Positions 37,287 to 46,185 of a stretch of DNA of 64,000 nucleotides are shown in pieces. The DNA comes from Bacillota bacterium. Lineage in GTDB: Bacteria > Bacillota > Sulfobacillia > JACIYH01. The DNA is taken from positions 56,393-120,392 of the forward strand of contig JASEFA010000006.1 of assembly GCA_030019365.1 (NCBI GenBank), written 5' to 3'. Made by a program: the position numbers and the translations under genes. The notes beneath the pieces were generated by a model. It did no database searches. It was given only the letters and a program-made list of their open reading frames with translations, and was not told the DNA's origin. Each line of letters begins with the position of its first letter. Position 1 is the first letter of the stretch.

Positions 37287-38012
37287 TCAGATCCCCAGGG
37301 CGGTGCGGACGGGAACGATGTACGTCCGTCCCACCGGCACCCGGACCCTGGCGCCGTCCTCGAGGGTGAGTATGACCGACCCGCTGACCCAGGGAGACAC
37401 TTCTACCACCCGGTGAAGGTTCACAATGTAACTCCGGTGCACCCGCATGAACTGGGGAGGCAGCCGTCCCTCCAGCTCCTGCAGGCTGAGGCGGGACACG
37501 TATTCCTGGCCACAGGCGCGGACCAGGCAGTGCTTGCCCCGGGCGCGCACGTACACGAGGGACTCGGGACGCAGGAAGCGAATGCACCCATCTCCGAGGA
37601 CGGGGATGGGAACGGGGTTACGCGCCCGGAGGCGTATCAGCAACCGTTCCCGCGTGCGCAGCAGGGAGCGCAGCACCTGTTGGGGCTCAAAGGGCTTCAA
37701 TATGTAGTCCGCGGCACCCACCCCGAAGGCCTGCACGGCGTAGCTCTCGTAGGCGGTGGCGAACACCACCGCCGGAGGCCGGCCCAGCTGCCCCAGGGTG
37801 CTGGCCAGGTCCATGCCGCTCAGACCGGGCATGCGCACATCCAGGTACACCACGTCGGGACGGCAGCGCACGATGGCGGCCAGGGCCTCCTGAGCGGAGG
37901 CCGCCTCCGCCACCACTTCCGCCAGCCCCGTCTCCTCCAGCAGGTGGCGCAACTCCCCCCGGGCCGGGGGCTCGTCGTCAGCTACCACCACCCGCAGCCT
38001 GGAGTGAGCCAT
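37287..38012 (-). CDS. LytR/AlgR-family response regulator (REC + LytTR)
   Basis: VVVADDEPPARGEL...DVVYLDVRMPG...ILKPF receiver domain plus a C-terminal LytTR domain (FMRVHRSYIVNLHRV). ATG at 38012. Confidence 0.9.
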   Translation of the reverse strand: MAHSRLRVVVADDEPPARGELRHLLEETGLAEVVAEAASAQEALAAIVRCRPDVVYLDVRMPGLSGMDLASTLGQLGRPPAVVFATAYESYAVQAFGVGAADYILKPFEPQQVLRSLLRTRERLLIRLRARNPVPIPVLGDGCIRFLRPESLVYVRARGKHCLVRACGQEYVSRLSLQELEGRLPPQFMRVHRSYIVNLHRVVEVSPWVSGSVILTLEDGARVRVPVGRTYIVPVRTALGI

Positions 38013-39681
38013 CCTCCCACTTCCCCGCCCCACGGGCGTCTACGGACGAAAGGGGGATGACCAGCGTTACCGCCGTACCCTTCCCCGGCCGACTCTTCAC
38101 CTCAAACCCGAACTCCGAACCGTAGCACGCAGCCAGCCGCTCCCGCAGGTTCCTGAGCCCGACGCCGCAGTGCTCTCCTGGCCCCCGGTCGCCCGCACCA
38201 TCCGGTGCCACCCCGGCATCCGCTGCCGCCCCGGCATCCGGTCCCCCCCTGCGGGGAGCCACCGGTGACGCCGCCAGGAAGCCGACCCCGTCGTCCCGCA
38301 CGCTGAGGCGCAGCCGGCCACCGGCCCGCTCACCCTTGATCCAGACGGTACCCCGCCCGCCCCGGGGCCAGAGACCATGCTGCAAGGCGTTGTCCACCAG
38401 GGGCTGCAGGCTGAAGGAAGGGACGGGCACGCCCAGCACCTCCGGCGACACCTGCTTCACCACCCGCAGGTTGTTCCCGAAGCGCGCCCTCTCTATAGCC
38501 AGGAAAGCGTCCAGGTATTCCAACTCCCGGGCCAGGGGTACCAGGTCGGCTTCCTCGCTCAGGGTGCGGCGCAAGAATGCCGCTATGTCGAGCAACAACC
38601 GCCGGGCGGCCTCGGGTTCGGACCGGCAGTAATGCACCACCGTGTTGAGGGCGTTGAAAAGAAAGTGGGGGTTGACCTGAGCGCGCAGGGCTCGCAGGCA
38701 GTCCCGGGTGGCCAGGGCCGCCCGTCGCTCCATGTATCCCAGTTCGAGCTGGACGGAAAACAGGGCCGCCAGCCCGCGGGCCAGGGCCACTTCCGTCCGA
38801 GCGGGCTCCCCGGGGGAAGATCCGTACAGGCGTATCCACCCCGCTGGCTCCCGGCCGCAGTGGAGATCGGCGTCGACCCGTCGCACCCCCGGCCTGACCT
38901 CGCCCGCGCTCCCCAGGGCGACGCCGTCGCGACCGATCTCCACAGCGCTCGCGCCGGTGTGCGCGACGATGAGGGCCGCCACCGCCCCGGCACTGCTCTG
39001 GTCCAATCCTCTCCTCAAGTAAGGCAGAGTGAGGCCGGCGACCTCAAGCACCCGATGGGTCTGGCTGGCCTGGGCCTTCTCCTCTTCTGCCCGCACTCCC
39101 TCCAGCATGGCCAGGAAAATGGCCACTCCCAGGGAGTTCACCAGGATCATGGGAGCGGCGATCACCCGCACCAGCGCCACGGCTTCGGGCAGGGGGCGGG
39201 AGAACAGCACCACCATACCCATATGCAGGCTCTCGCCCGCCAGGCCGACCAGCCAGCCCATCCAGGGCCGCAGTCGCCAGGAATCCCGGCGGCGGTCGAT
39301 GGCCGCCCTCACCAGCCCGGCCAGGAGACCTTCCACGGTGGTGGCGCCTCCGCAGGCCAGGCAGGTGAAACCCCCCAGGGCATACCGGTGCAGCCCGGCG
39401 ATGGCGCCCGCCCCCAGCCCCACCCAGGGCCCGCCCAGGAGTCCGGCCACCGCGGCCGCCACCACCCGGTGGTTGGCAATGGCACCCAGCACCGGGACTC
39501 CCGAGTAAGTGCCCATGATCCCCAACATGCCGAAAATGAAGGCGAGGGCCACCTTCTCCCGCCGGTCGGCGCACGACACCACCAGCCGCCGGAAGGGCCG
39601 CCACCTGCTAAAAACAAACGCCACCGTGGCGATCACGCACATGCGGATCGCCATCTGCCCCATCAACCCGGAAACCGGCAA
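37978..39681 (-). CDS. LytS/BtsS-type sensor histidine kinase
   Basis: N-terminal 5TM-LYT membrane domain, a GAF-like region, the His-kinase block QVNPHFLFNALNTV and an HATPase_c domain. Confidence 0.9.
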   Translation of the reverse strand: MPVSGLMGQMAIRMCVIATVAFVFSRWRPFRRLVVSCADRREKVALAFIFGMLGIMGTYSGVPVLGAIANHRVVAAAVAGLLGGPWVGLGAGAIAGLHRYALGGFTCLACGGATTVEGLLAGLVRAAIDRRRDSWRLRPWMGWLVGLAGESLHMGMVVLFSRPLPEAVALVRVIAAPMILVNSLGVAIFLAMLEGVRAEEEKAQASQTHRVLEVAGLTLPYLRRGLDQSSAGAVAALIVAHTGASAVEIGRDGVALGSAGEVRPGVRRVDADLHCGREPAGWIRLYGSSPGEPARTEVALARGLAALFSVQLELGYMERRAALATRDCLRALRAQVNPHFLFNALNTVVHYCRSEPEAARRLLLDIAAFLRRTLSEEADLVPLARELEYLDAFLAIERARFGNNLRVVKQVSPEVLGVPVPSFSLQPLVDNALQHGLWPRGGRGTVWIKGERAGGRLRLSVRDDGVGFLAASPVAPRRGGPDAGAAADAGVAPDGAGDRGPGEHCGVGLRNLRERLAACYGSEFGFEVKSRPGKGTAVTLVIPLSSVDARGAGKWEDGSLQAAGGGS

Positions 39682-39792
39682 GCGCCCACCCCTGCAACAT
39701 TACGGCAGGCACCGCCCGGTCTCCTGCCACCCGGCCCCGGACTACGCACCCACTTCCCGCCATACTCTTGCGGGGCGGTCTTCCCGCAGCCT

Positions 39793-40731
39793 TTACGAGG
39801 GGCAGCTGCCTCTCTCGCGCAGGGCTTCCAGCAGGCGCCGAAAGTCCGCGGGGGGATCGGCGGTGAGGTCGACGGGGTCGCCCGTCCTGGGGTGGCGGAA
39901 CTGGAGGCGCCAGGCGTGCAGGGCCTGACCGGCGGGGAGGGGAAGGTGGGCCGGGCAGGCCCGCTGACCCCCGTACAGGCGGTCCCCCAGCACGGGATGA
40001 CCGAGGTGGGCCATGTGCACGCGCACCTGATGGGTCCGCCCGGTCACCAGAAGGGCCTCCAGCATGGTGGCCCCGCCGAAACGCTCTTGCACGCGCCACC
40101 TGGTGAGGGCGGGACGTCCCGTCCTCACCACCGCCATGCGCTGGCGGTGCACGGGATGGCGGCCCACCGGCGCGTCGACTTCCCCCTCGTCGCCGGGGAT
40201 GTCTCCCGCGACCACCGCCAGGTAGCGGCGGGCCAGCCGCCGGTCCTTGAGTTGGGCCTGGAGGGCAGTGAGCGTCTCCTGGTTTTTGGCCACCACCAGC
40301 AGACCGGTGGTATCCTTGTCGAGGCGGTGCACGATGCCGGGCCGAATGACGTCCCCCACCGCTCCCAGATCGGGGCAGCGTTTCAACACCGCGTTTACCA
40401 GCGTGCCCCGGGGGTTTCCCGCTCCCGGGTGCACCACCAGTCCCCGAGGCTTGTTCACCACGAGCAGGTCGGTGTCCTCATACACGATGTCCAGGGGGAT
40501 CTCCTCCGGCTCCAGGCGCGAAGGCTCGGGGTCGGGCACCACCACCTCCACCATCTGACCCGGCTCCACCCCGAAGGCAGGCTTGCAGGGGGTGCCGTCC
40601 ACAGTGACCAGTCCTTCGGCAATCAGGCGGTGCAGGCGGGATCGGCTGAGGCCCAGTTCATCCAACCCGGCCAGGAAGCGGTCCAGCCTCCCCCTGGCGT
40701 CCGCCGGCACCACGATGGCGAACCTGCGCAA
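39793..40731 (-). CDS. rluD: RluA-family 23S rRNA pseudouridine synthase
   Basis: S4 domain (RLDRFLA) and catalytic HRLDKDTTGLLVVAKN. TTG at 40731 follows AGGGGG at 7 nt; the ORF maximum is 40758. Confidence 0.92.
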   Translation of the reverse strand: MRRFAIVVPADARGRLDRFLAGLDELGLSRSRLHRLIAEGLVTVDGTPCKPAFGVEPGQMVEVVVPDPEPSRLEPEEIPLDIVYEDTDLLVVNKPRGLVVHPGAGNPRGTLVNAVLKRCPDLGAVGDVIRPGIVHRLDKDTTGLLVVAKNQETLTALQAQLKDRRLARRYLAVVAGDIPGDEGEVDAPVGRHPVHRQRMAVVRTGRPALTRWRVQERFGGATMLEALLVTGRTHQVRVHMAHLGHPVLGDRLYGGQRACPAHLPLPAGQALHAWRLQFRHPRTGDPVDLTADPPADFRRLLEALRERGSCPS

Positions 40732-40732
40732 C

Positions 40733-41272
40733 TCAACGCCCCCTGCTGCGCCACTCAAACTGCCCCCGGTCCCGTGCCTCGGCCTGCGCGCCCCGCACCA
40801 GAGACAGGATGAGGAGGCCCGCCCCGGCTACAATGAAGGTGTCGGCCAGGTTGAACACGGGCCACACGCGAAAGTCCAGGAAATCGGTCACCAGCCCGGT
40901 GCTCATCCGGTCAAGGAGATTCCCCAGCGCCCCTCCCACCACCAGCCCGCCTGCCACCGGCGCCAGCCGGTGCTGCCCGGCCAGGGCCGGCACCGCCCAA
41001 AGGGCCACCAGGGTGACGACCGCCGGCAACACCACCAGCAACCCGTCCCATCCGGGAAGCAGCCCGAAGGCTGCTCCCGGGTTGCGCACGTAAGTGAGGT
41101 GGAACACGCCCGGCCACACCGGCAGCGACTCCCCCGGCGCCATGGCGCGGGCCACCACCAGCTTGCTCACCCGGTCGAGCGTGAGCGCCACTGCCCCCCA
41201 GACGGCCATGCCGGCCAGGGCTCTCCTCCGCACCCCCTGTCTCTCCCCCCGTCCGCGACCGGAAGTCCTCAT
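40733..41272 (-). CDS. lspA: lipoprotein signal peptidase II
   Basis: VRNPGAAFGLL and VFNLADTFI motifs. ATG at 41272 gives a basic N-terminus before TM1. The ORF-track start at 41509 overlaps the upstream gene. Confidence 0.9.
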   Translation of the reverse strand: MRTSGRGRGERQGVRRRALAGMAVWGAVALTLDRVSKLVVARAMAPGESLPVWPGVFHLTYVRNPGAAFGLLPGWDGLLVVLPAVVTLVALWAVPALAGQHRLAPVAGGLVVGGALGNLLDRMSTGLVTDFLDFRVWPVFNLADTFIVAGAGLLILSLVRGAQAEARDRGQFEWRSRGR

Positions 41273-41378
41273 CAGGCCAAAGCATAGCACAACGGCCCCG
41301 ACGTGGACAGCAGCCGCCATGCCAGCGCCGCACTCCCGGCCGCGTGTGGTAGCCGCGGAAGCGTTGCGTCGGCAGGGC

Positions 41379-42005
41379 TCAGCGGGGACGCTGGCCCCGG
41401 TAGCGGGGCCGGCCCGGAGCGCGCCGGCGGGTGGCGTCGTAATCCGCCATGCTGGGGTCATCCTGCGGCCCCTGGGAAGTCCCGTACTGGGCCACGTCCT
41501 CCCACGCATCCTCGGCGTCGTACATGGACCCCTGGCGCCGGAGCCCGCGCAGGTGCCCGTAGTGAGCCGATATCACTTCCTCCTCGGGCGGCCGCCCGGG
41601 ATGCTGGCGGAACTCGCGGGCCGCACGCCCCCTTTCCTCCTGATCCCGCTGGCATTCTACGCACAGGGTGGCCCAGGGGACGGCCTCCAGCCTTTCCCGG
41701 GAGATATCCCGGCCGCACCCGGCACATTCGCCGTAGGTGCCCACCTCCATGCGGCGCTGAGCCTCTTCGATCTCGTGCAGCAGGAAACGGGCATTGTCGG
41801 TCAGGCCCAGGTCCTTCTCCCGTTCGAAGGTCTCCGAAGCCACGTCGGCCGGGTGGTTGTCGTAGACGGCCATCTCACCGATGGACGCGCCCAGGGGGTC
41901 CCGCAGGCCCTGGTGCAGGTTGTTAAGGCCTTCCCGGGCACGCTTCCGCTCCTCGTCCAGGCGGGCGCGGAATCGGTCCAGGTCCCGATCATTGAGGGGA
42001 GACAT
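41379..42005 (-). CDS. TraR/DksA-family C4 zinc-finger protein (YteA/YlyA-like)
   Basis: CAGCGRDISRERLEAVPWATLCVEC is a CxxC-N17-CxxC finger. ATG at 42005 follows GGAGGTG. Its position upstream of lspA matches B. subtilis ylyA. Confidence 0.85.
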   Translation of the reverse strand: MSPLNDRDLDRFRARLDEERKRAREGLNNLHQGLRDPLGASIGEMAVYDNHPADVASETFEREKDLGLTDNARFLLHEIEEAQRRMEVGTYGECAGCGRDISRERLEAVPWATLCVECQRDQEERGRAAREFRQHPGRPPEEEVISAHYGHLRGLRRQGSMYDAEDAWEDVAQYGTSQGPQDDPSMADYDATRRRAPGRPRYRGQRPR

Positions 42006-42034
42006 GAGATTCACCTCCGGGCAGGGAAACAGGG

Positions 42035-42352
42035 TCAGTGGGGTGCCCGCAACTCCATCTCCACGATGCGCACCAGCTGGGCTATCCAGGACCCGATCAC
42101 GGGCATGTTCACCAGGAAGCTGGAGCGCAGGAACCAGATCACCACCGCCCCCAGGATGGTGAACCCGATGGCCATCCCGAACCCCCGCGCCAGGCCCGCC
42201 AGCAGGTTCAGGTAAACCAGCCGGCCCGGACGCTGCAGGAGCTCCAGGTACTCGGCCAGGCGGGCCTTCTGGAGGGCCAGCAGCAACTCTCGCAGGCGGT
42301 GCTCGAGGGCCGCCAGGTCCGACCGATCGGGGCCGCCACCTCCGCCGGGCAT
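42035..42352 (-). CDS. small membrane protein (DUF5665-like)
   Basis: 105 aa. YLELLQRPGRLVYLNLLAGLARGFGMAIGFTILGAVVIWFL resembles the DUF5665 core as I recall it. Confidence 0.5.
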   Translation of the reverse strand: MPGGGGGPDRSDLAALEHRLRELLLALQKARLAEYLELLQRPGRLVYLNLLAGLARGFGMAIGFTILGAVVIWFLRSSFLVNMPVIGSWIAQLVRIVEMELRAPH

Positions 42353-42487
42353 CCTTTCACCGCCCTCCCTATTGTCTCCCTGTCTCCGGGGAGCCTACCA
42401 GACGGCGCAGGGCAATCGGGCGACCGTTTCCCGCCGTTCGCGGTGCCGGGGCGCCGGTCAGTGCCGCTGGCGGTGCCAGTGCAGCGG

Positions 42488-44158
42488 TTACTGTCGTTCG
42501 CATGCTACCTCCCCGCCGACGACCACCAGGAGGGGCCGCACGTCCTTGAGCTCCATGGGATCGATGGTGAAGGGATCGGCGTCCCACACTACCAGGTCAG
42601 CGAGCTTCCCGGGAGCGATCGTCCCCTTCTCGCCCTCTTCGCCCACGGCCCAGGCCGCCCCCACCGTGAATCCCCGGATGGCCTCCTCCACCGTCAGCCT
42701 CTGCACCGGGTACCAGCCTCCGGGCGGCTCGCCCTCGGTGTCGCACCGGGTGACCGCCGCGTACACGCCGAGCATGGGCGCGATGGGCTCCACCGGACAG
42801 TCGCTGCCGAACGCCGCCGGGATGCCGTGATCCAGGAAAGAACGCCAGGCATAGGACAGGGGTGCCCTGGCCGGCCCCAGGCGCTTTCCGGCGAAGCGCT
42901 GGTCGCTGGAGACGAAGCGGGGCTGCAGGTCCGCCACCGCCCCGCAGGCCTTCATGCGCGGGAACAGGTCCGCACGCATGACCTGACAGTGCACCAGCCG
43001 CGGGCGGGCCGAGGCACCGGCACCGGCCCTGCGCGGGCCCATCCCGGCATCATGTTGGCCCATCCCATCACGGCCGTGACCGCCATGGGCCTGGCGGTGA
43101 CCGGTCCCCTCGAGGGCGTCCAGAGCCACCTCGATGGCCCGGTCGCCGATGGCGTGAATGGCCACCTGGATAGCGCCATCCCTCGCCTGGGCAACGGCGC
43201 GCGCCAGATCGGCCGGATCTACGGTGAGGATGCCCCGGGAGCGGGGGTTGTCCGCATACGGCTCGGAAAGGGCGGCCGTTCCCCCTCCCAGGGAACCGTC
43301 GGCGAAGAACTTGGCCGCGCCCACCCGGAACCACTCGTCGCCCTGCCCGGACTTCCACCCCCGCTCGCGCACCTGGCCCAGCAGATCGGCCGGGAAATCC
43401 CACCACACCCGCAGCCGCATCCCCAGCTCGAAAGCCCGCCGGTATGCAGCCGGGACGAAATCAAGCCCGTGGCCGAAGTCGCCATCGTTGGAATGGACCG
43501 AGGTTATCCCCGTGGCCACGGCATGGCGGGCACCGGCCAGCAGAGCCTGGGCCAGCTCCTCCACCCCGGGGGCAGGAACCCGCGCACGCACCAGGTCCAC
43601 GGCGTCTTCCCGCAGCACCCCGGTGGGCTCGCCCCCGTCGTCGCGGTCTATGACCCCCCCCGCCGGGTCGGGCGTCTCCCGGGAAACCCCCGCGGCCTGC
43701 AGGGCCCTGCTGCTGGCCACCGCCACGTGCCCGCACACCCTGGTCAGGAGCACCGGATGCTCCGGAGCCGCCGCATCCAGGTGATGGCGGGACGGCAATA
43801 CGCCCAGCAGCTCCTGGTCCCAGCCTCGTCCCAGCACCCACGTCCCCGCCTGCTGGCGGGCGGCCCGGGACCGGACCAGATCCTTCAGGACATCCACCGA
43901 GCGAGCTCCCACCAGATCTATGTACCCCAGGCCCAGACCCAGCCAGGAAAGATGCATGTGACTGTCGACGAACCCGGGGGTCACCCTGCTGCCCGCCAGG
44001 TCTAACACCCGCGACCGCGATCCCGCCAGCGCGGCCACCTCGCGGTCGGACCCCACGGCCAAGATGCGCCCCTCCCTGCAGGCAACCGCTGAGCAAGCCG
44101 GCCGGGTCGGGTCGAAAGTGCTGACCCGGCCTCCCAAAAGCACGAGATCCGCCTGCAC
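42488..44158 (-). CDS. metal-dependent amidohydrolase (Amidohydro_3 / YtcJ-like)
   Basis: PGFVDSHMHLSWLG metal motif. GTG at 44158 follows GGAGGGGGGAG. The ORF-track extension to 44722 crosses the DUF1540 gene antisense. Confidence 0.85.
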   Translation of the reverse strand: MQADLVLLGGRVSTFDPTRPACSAVACREGRILAVGSDREVAALAGSRSRVLDLAGSRVTPGFVDSHMHLSWLGLGLGYIDLVGARSVDVLKDLVRSRAARQQAGTWVLGRGWDQELLGVLPSRHHLDAAAPEHPVLLTRVCGHVAVASSRALQAAGVSRETPDPAGGVIDRDDGGEPTGVLREDAVDLVRARVPAPGVEELAQALLAGARHAVATGITSVHSNDGDFGHGLDFVPAAYRRAFELGMRLRVWWDFPADLLGQVRERGWKSGQGDEWFRVGAAKFFADGSLGGGTAALSEPYADNPRSRGILTVDPADLARAVAQARDGAIQVAIHAIGDRAIEVALDALEGTGHRQAHGGHGRDGMGQHDAGMGPRRAGAGASARPRLVHCQVMRADLFPRMKACGAVADLQPRFVSSDQRFAGKRLGPARAPLSYAWRSFLDHGIPAAFGSDCPVEPIAPMLGVYAAVTRCDTEGEPPGGWYPVQRLTVEEAIRGFTVGAAWAVGEEGEKGTIAPGKLADLVVWDADPFTIDPMELKDVRPLLVVVGGEVACERQ

Positions 44159-44350
44159 TCTCACTCCCCCCTCCGACCCTGGGACTTCTGTCCCCGGTGT
44201 CCCTTTTCCTACCGTCCGGAGTCCCGGCCCGTACGGACGGCACCCGCCCGGCGCGGTCTCGCCCTGCGGTGGCATTGCGGCAGACGGGCGGAAGGGACAG
44301 CCAGGTTGATACATGAAAGGGAGGCCGGGCCGGAAAAATAAGGGCGGGAG

Positions 44351-44689
44351 GTGAGGCAATTGGCCCTTTCCGGAGTGAGGTGCACGGTGGATAGCTGCCA
44401 GTTCTGGACAGCTCCCAACCACTGCGATGCCCCCAAGATCGAGGTGGACATCAACCACACCGGCCTCGGCGGCGAGGCAGGAGCCGGCCGCGGTGCCGGC
44501 GCCCGGGCAGCCGGCATGGAGATCGGTGAGGTAGGTGTATACCGGCGGGGAGCAGTGGAGCGCGAGGGCGCCTACGAGATGGGTGATCTGGACATAGGCG
44601 GGGCAGCCCGGGGCGTGGAACCGGCGGGAAGGCCCACAGCCCGCAAGTCCGAGCATACCTGCTGCCGGACCTTCCGCCCCCACAGCTGA
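44351..44689 (+). CDS. DUF1540-domain protein
   Basis: VRCTVDSCQFWTAPNHCDAPKIEVD and a C-terminal EHTCCRTF match the two Cys-rich DUF1540 blocks. They are separated by a Gly/Ala-rich linker. GGGAGGTGAGG Shine-Dalgarno. Confidence 0.7.
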   Translation: MRQLALSGVRCTVDSCQFWTAPNHCDAPKIEVDINHTGLGGEAGAGRGAGARAAGMEIGEVGVYRRGAVEREGAYEMGDLDIGGAARGVEPAGRPTARKSEHTCCRTFRPHS

Positions 44690-44709
44690 CCAGGGACGGT
44701 TCGACCGCA

Positions 44710-44747
44710 CCTGCAGCACCACCCGCCCGTGCGGATGGTGCTGCAGG
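44710..44747 (+). terminator. 12-bp perfect stem-loop downstream of the DUF1540 gene
   Basis: CCTGCAGCACCA-N14-TGGTGCTGCAGG, with no U-tract. Confidence 0.45.
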
Positions 44748-44788
44748 CCGGGAAGGAAATGGCCGCTGCGTGTCTCCCACGGTCAGGG

Positions 44789-44817
44789 TTGCCGTCGCAG
44801 GCCGGGTGTGATAAATT
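44789..44817 (+). promoter_or_regulatory. putative promoter of the TSUP/DUF1634 pair
   Basis: TTGCCG-N17-TAAATT with TGA immediately upstream of the -10 element. Confidence 0.4.
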
Positions 44818-44923
44818 GCGGGTTAGTCCGGCGACGGACCAAACCTTACCGCGTTGGGGGAATGACGTTGACGGCCTCTCCTCTTTTTGGGTTCCTGGCC
44901 GGGGAAGGGAGGCATGACGCCCC

Positions 44924-45772
44924 TTGGCTCCCCTTCCCTTCGTCCTGACCATCTTCGCTGCCTCGGTGGCAGCCGGCCTGTTGGGTTCCCTGCTCGGCCT
45001 GGGAGGAGGCATCATCGTGGTGCCCACCCTCACCCTGCTCCTGGGCATAGACCTCAAGTTCGCCACCGGCGCCAGTATCGTCTCCGTCATCGCCACCTCC
45101 AGCGGGGCGGCAGCGGCCTATGTGCGCGACCGCATTACCAACATGCGGGTGGGGATGTTCCTGGAGGTGGCGACCACCAGCGGCGCCCTGGTGGGCGCCT
45201 TCCTGGTGGGAATCGTGGCGCCCCGCTTCCTCTACCTGCTGTTCGCCCTCATGCTGGGCTGGTCAGCAGTGAACATGGTGGGGCGCCGGCGGGTAGAGAT
45301 TCCCGAACCGGCCTCCCCCGACCGCTTCTCCCGGCGCCTGAGTCTCGCGGGCTCGTACTACGACGCTGCTCTCGAGCGGCAAATACAGTATCGGGCCGGT
45401 GCCATCCCTTTCGGATTCGGCATCAGCTTCATTGCCGGTCTGGTGTCGGGGCTGCTGGGCATCGGCGGCGGCGTGCTCAAGGTGGTGGCCATGGAATCGG
45501 GCATGCGCCTGCCCCTTAAGGTGTCCACCGCCACTTCCAACTTCATGATCGGGGTAACCGCCGCCGCCAGTGCAGGCGTCTACTTCGCTCGCGGCCAGAT
45601 CAACCCTCTCATCGCCGCCCCCGTGGCCCTGGGCGTGCTGACCGGTGCCACTCTGGGGGCGAGGGTCATGACGCGCATCCGTTCACGCACCCTCCGGTTC
45701 ATATTCGTTCCCGTACTCCTCTATACCGCCCTGCAGATGCTGGGGCGTGGACTGGGGGTGTATATCCCGTGA
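44924..45772 (+). CDS. TauE/SafE (TSUP) family anion exporter
   Basis: Polytopic membrane protein with duplicated GLLGSLLGLGGGIIVVP / GLLGIGGGVLKV motifs. TTG start, uncertain. Confidence 0.88.
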   Translation: MAPLPFVLTIFAASVAAGLLGSLLGLGGGIIVVPTLTLLLGIDLKFATGASIVSVIATSSGAAAAYVRDRITNMRVGMFLEVATTSGALVGAFLVGIVAPRFLYLLFALMLGWSAVNMVGRRRVEIPEPASPDRFSRRLSLAGSYYDAALERQIQYRAGAIPFGFGISFIAGLVSGLLGIGGGVLKVVAMESGMRLPLKVSTATSNFMIGVTAAASAGVYFARGQINPLIAAPVALGVLTGATLGARVMTRIRSRTLRFIFVPVLLYTALQMLGRGLGVYIP

Positions 45773-46185
45773 GCGACGGCCATAGTGCCCCGAGGGTCGT
45801 CAACATGGAGGTATTCATCAGCCGGGTGCTGCGCACGGGCGTGCTGCTGAGCGCCGGCATCATCGCCGTGGGGCTGGTCCTGCTGTTCGCCACCGGCCGG
45901 ACCGGGTACACGCCGGGGCCCCTGGACACGGCCACCCTCACCCATTGGGGATCCCGCCACCTCTTCCCCACCGGCATGGCAGAGGTGGTCACGGGGGTGC
46001 TGGCCCTGCGCCCCTTTGCCATCATCGCGCTGGGCCTGCTGGTGCTCATCGCCACGCCCGTGATACGGGTGGCTGCCTCGGTGGTCGCCTTCCTGTTCGA
46101 GGGTGATACCCTCTACGTGTTTATAACCCTGTATGTGTTGACGATACTGATCGTCAGCTTCCTCCTGGGCCGGGCGGGCGGTTAG
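45769..46185 (+). CDS. DUF1634-domain membrane protein
   Basis: 138 aa, 3-4 TM segments. The GTG start overlaps the TSUP stop (GTGA). This pairing is a typical TSUP partner. Confidence 0.7.
   Translation: MSDGHSAPRVVNMEVFISRVLRTGVLLSAGIIAVGLVLLFATGRTGYTPGPLDTATLTHWGSRHLFPTGMAEVVTGVLALRPFAIIALGLLVLIATPVIRVAASVVAFLFEGDTLYVFITLYVLTILIVSFLLGRAGG

Noticed and set aside
42462-42479. CTGGCACCGCCAGCGGCA upstream of the DUF5665-like gene as a sigma-54 promoter.
   Set aside because: The spacing between the TGGCAC and GCA elements is one nt too long (GG-N11-GC).
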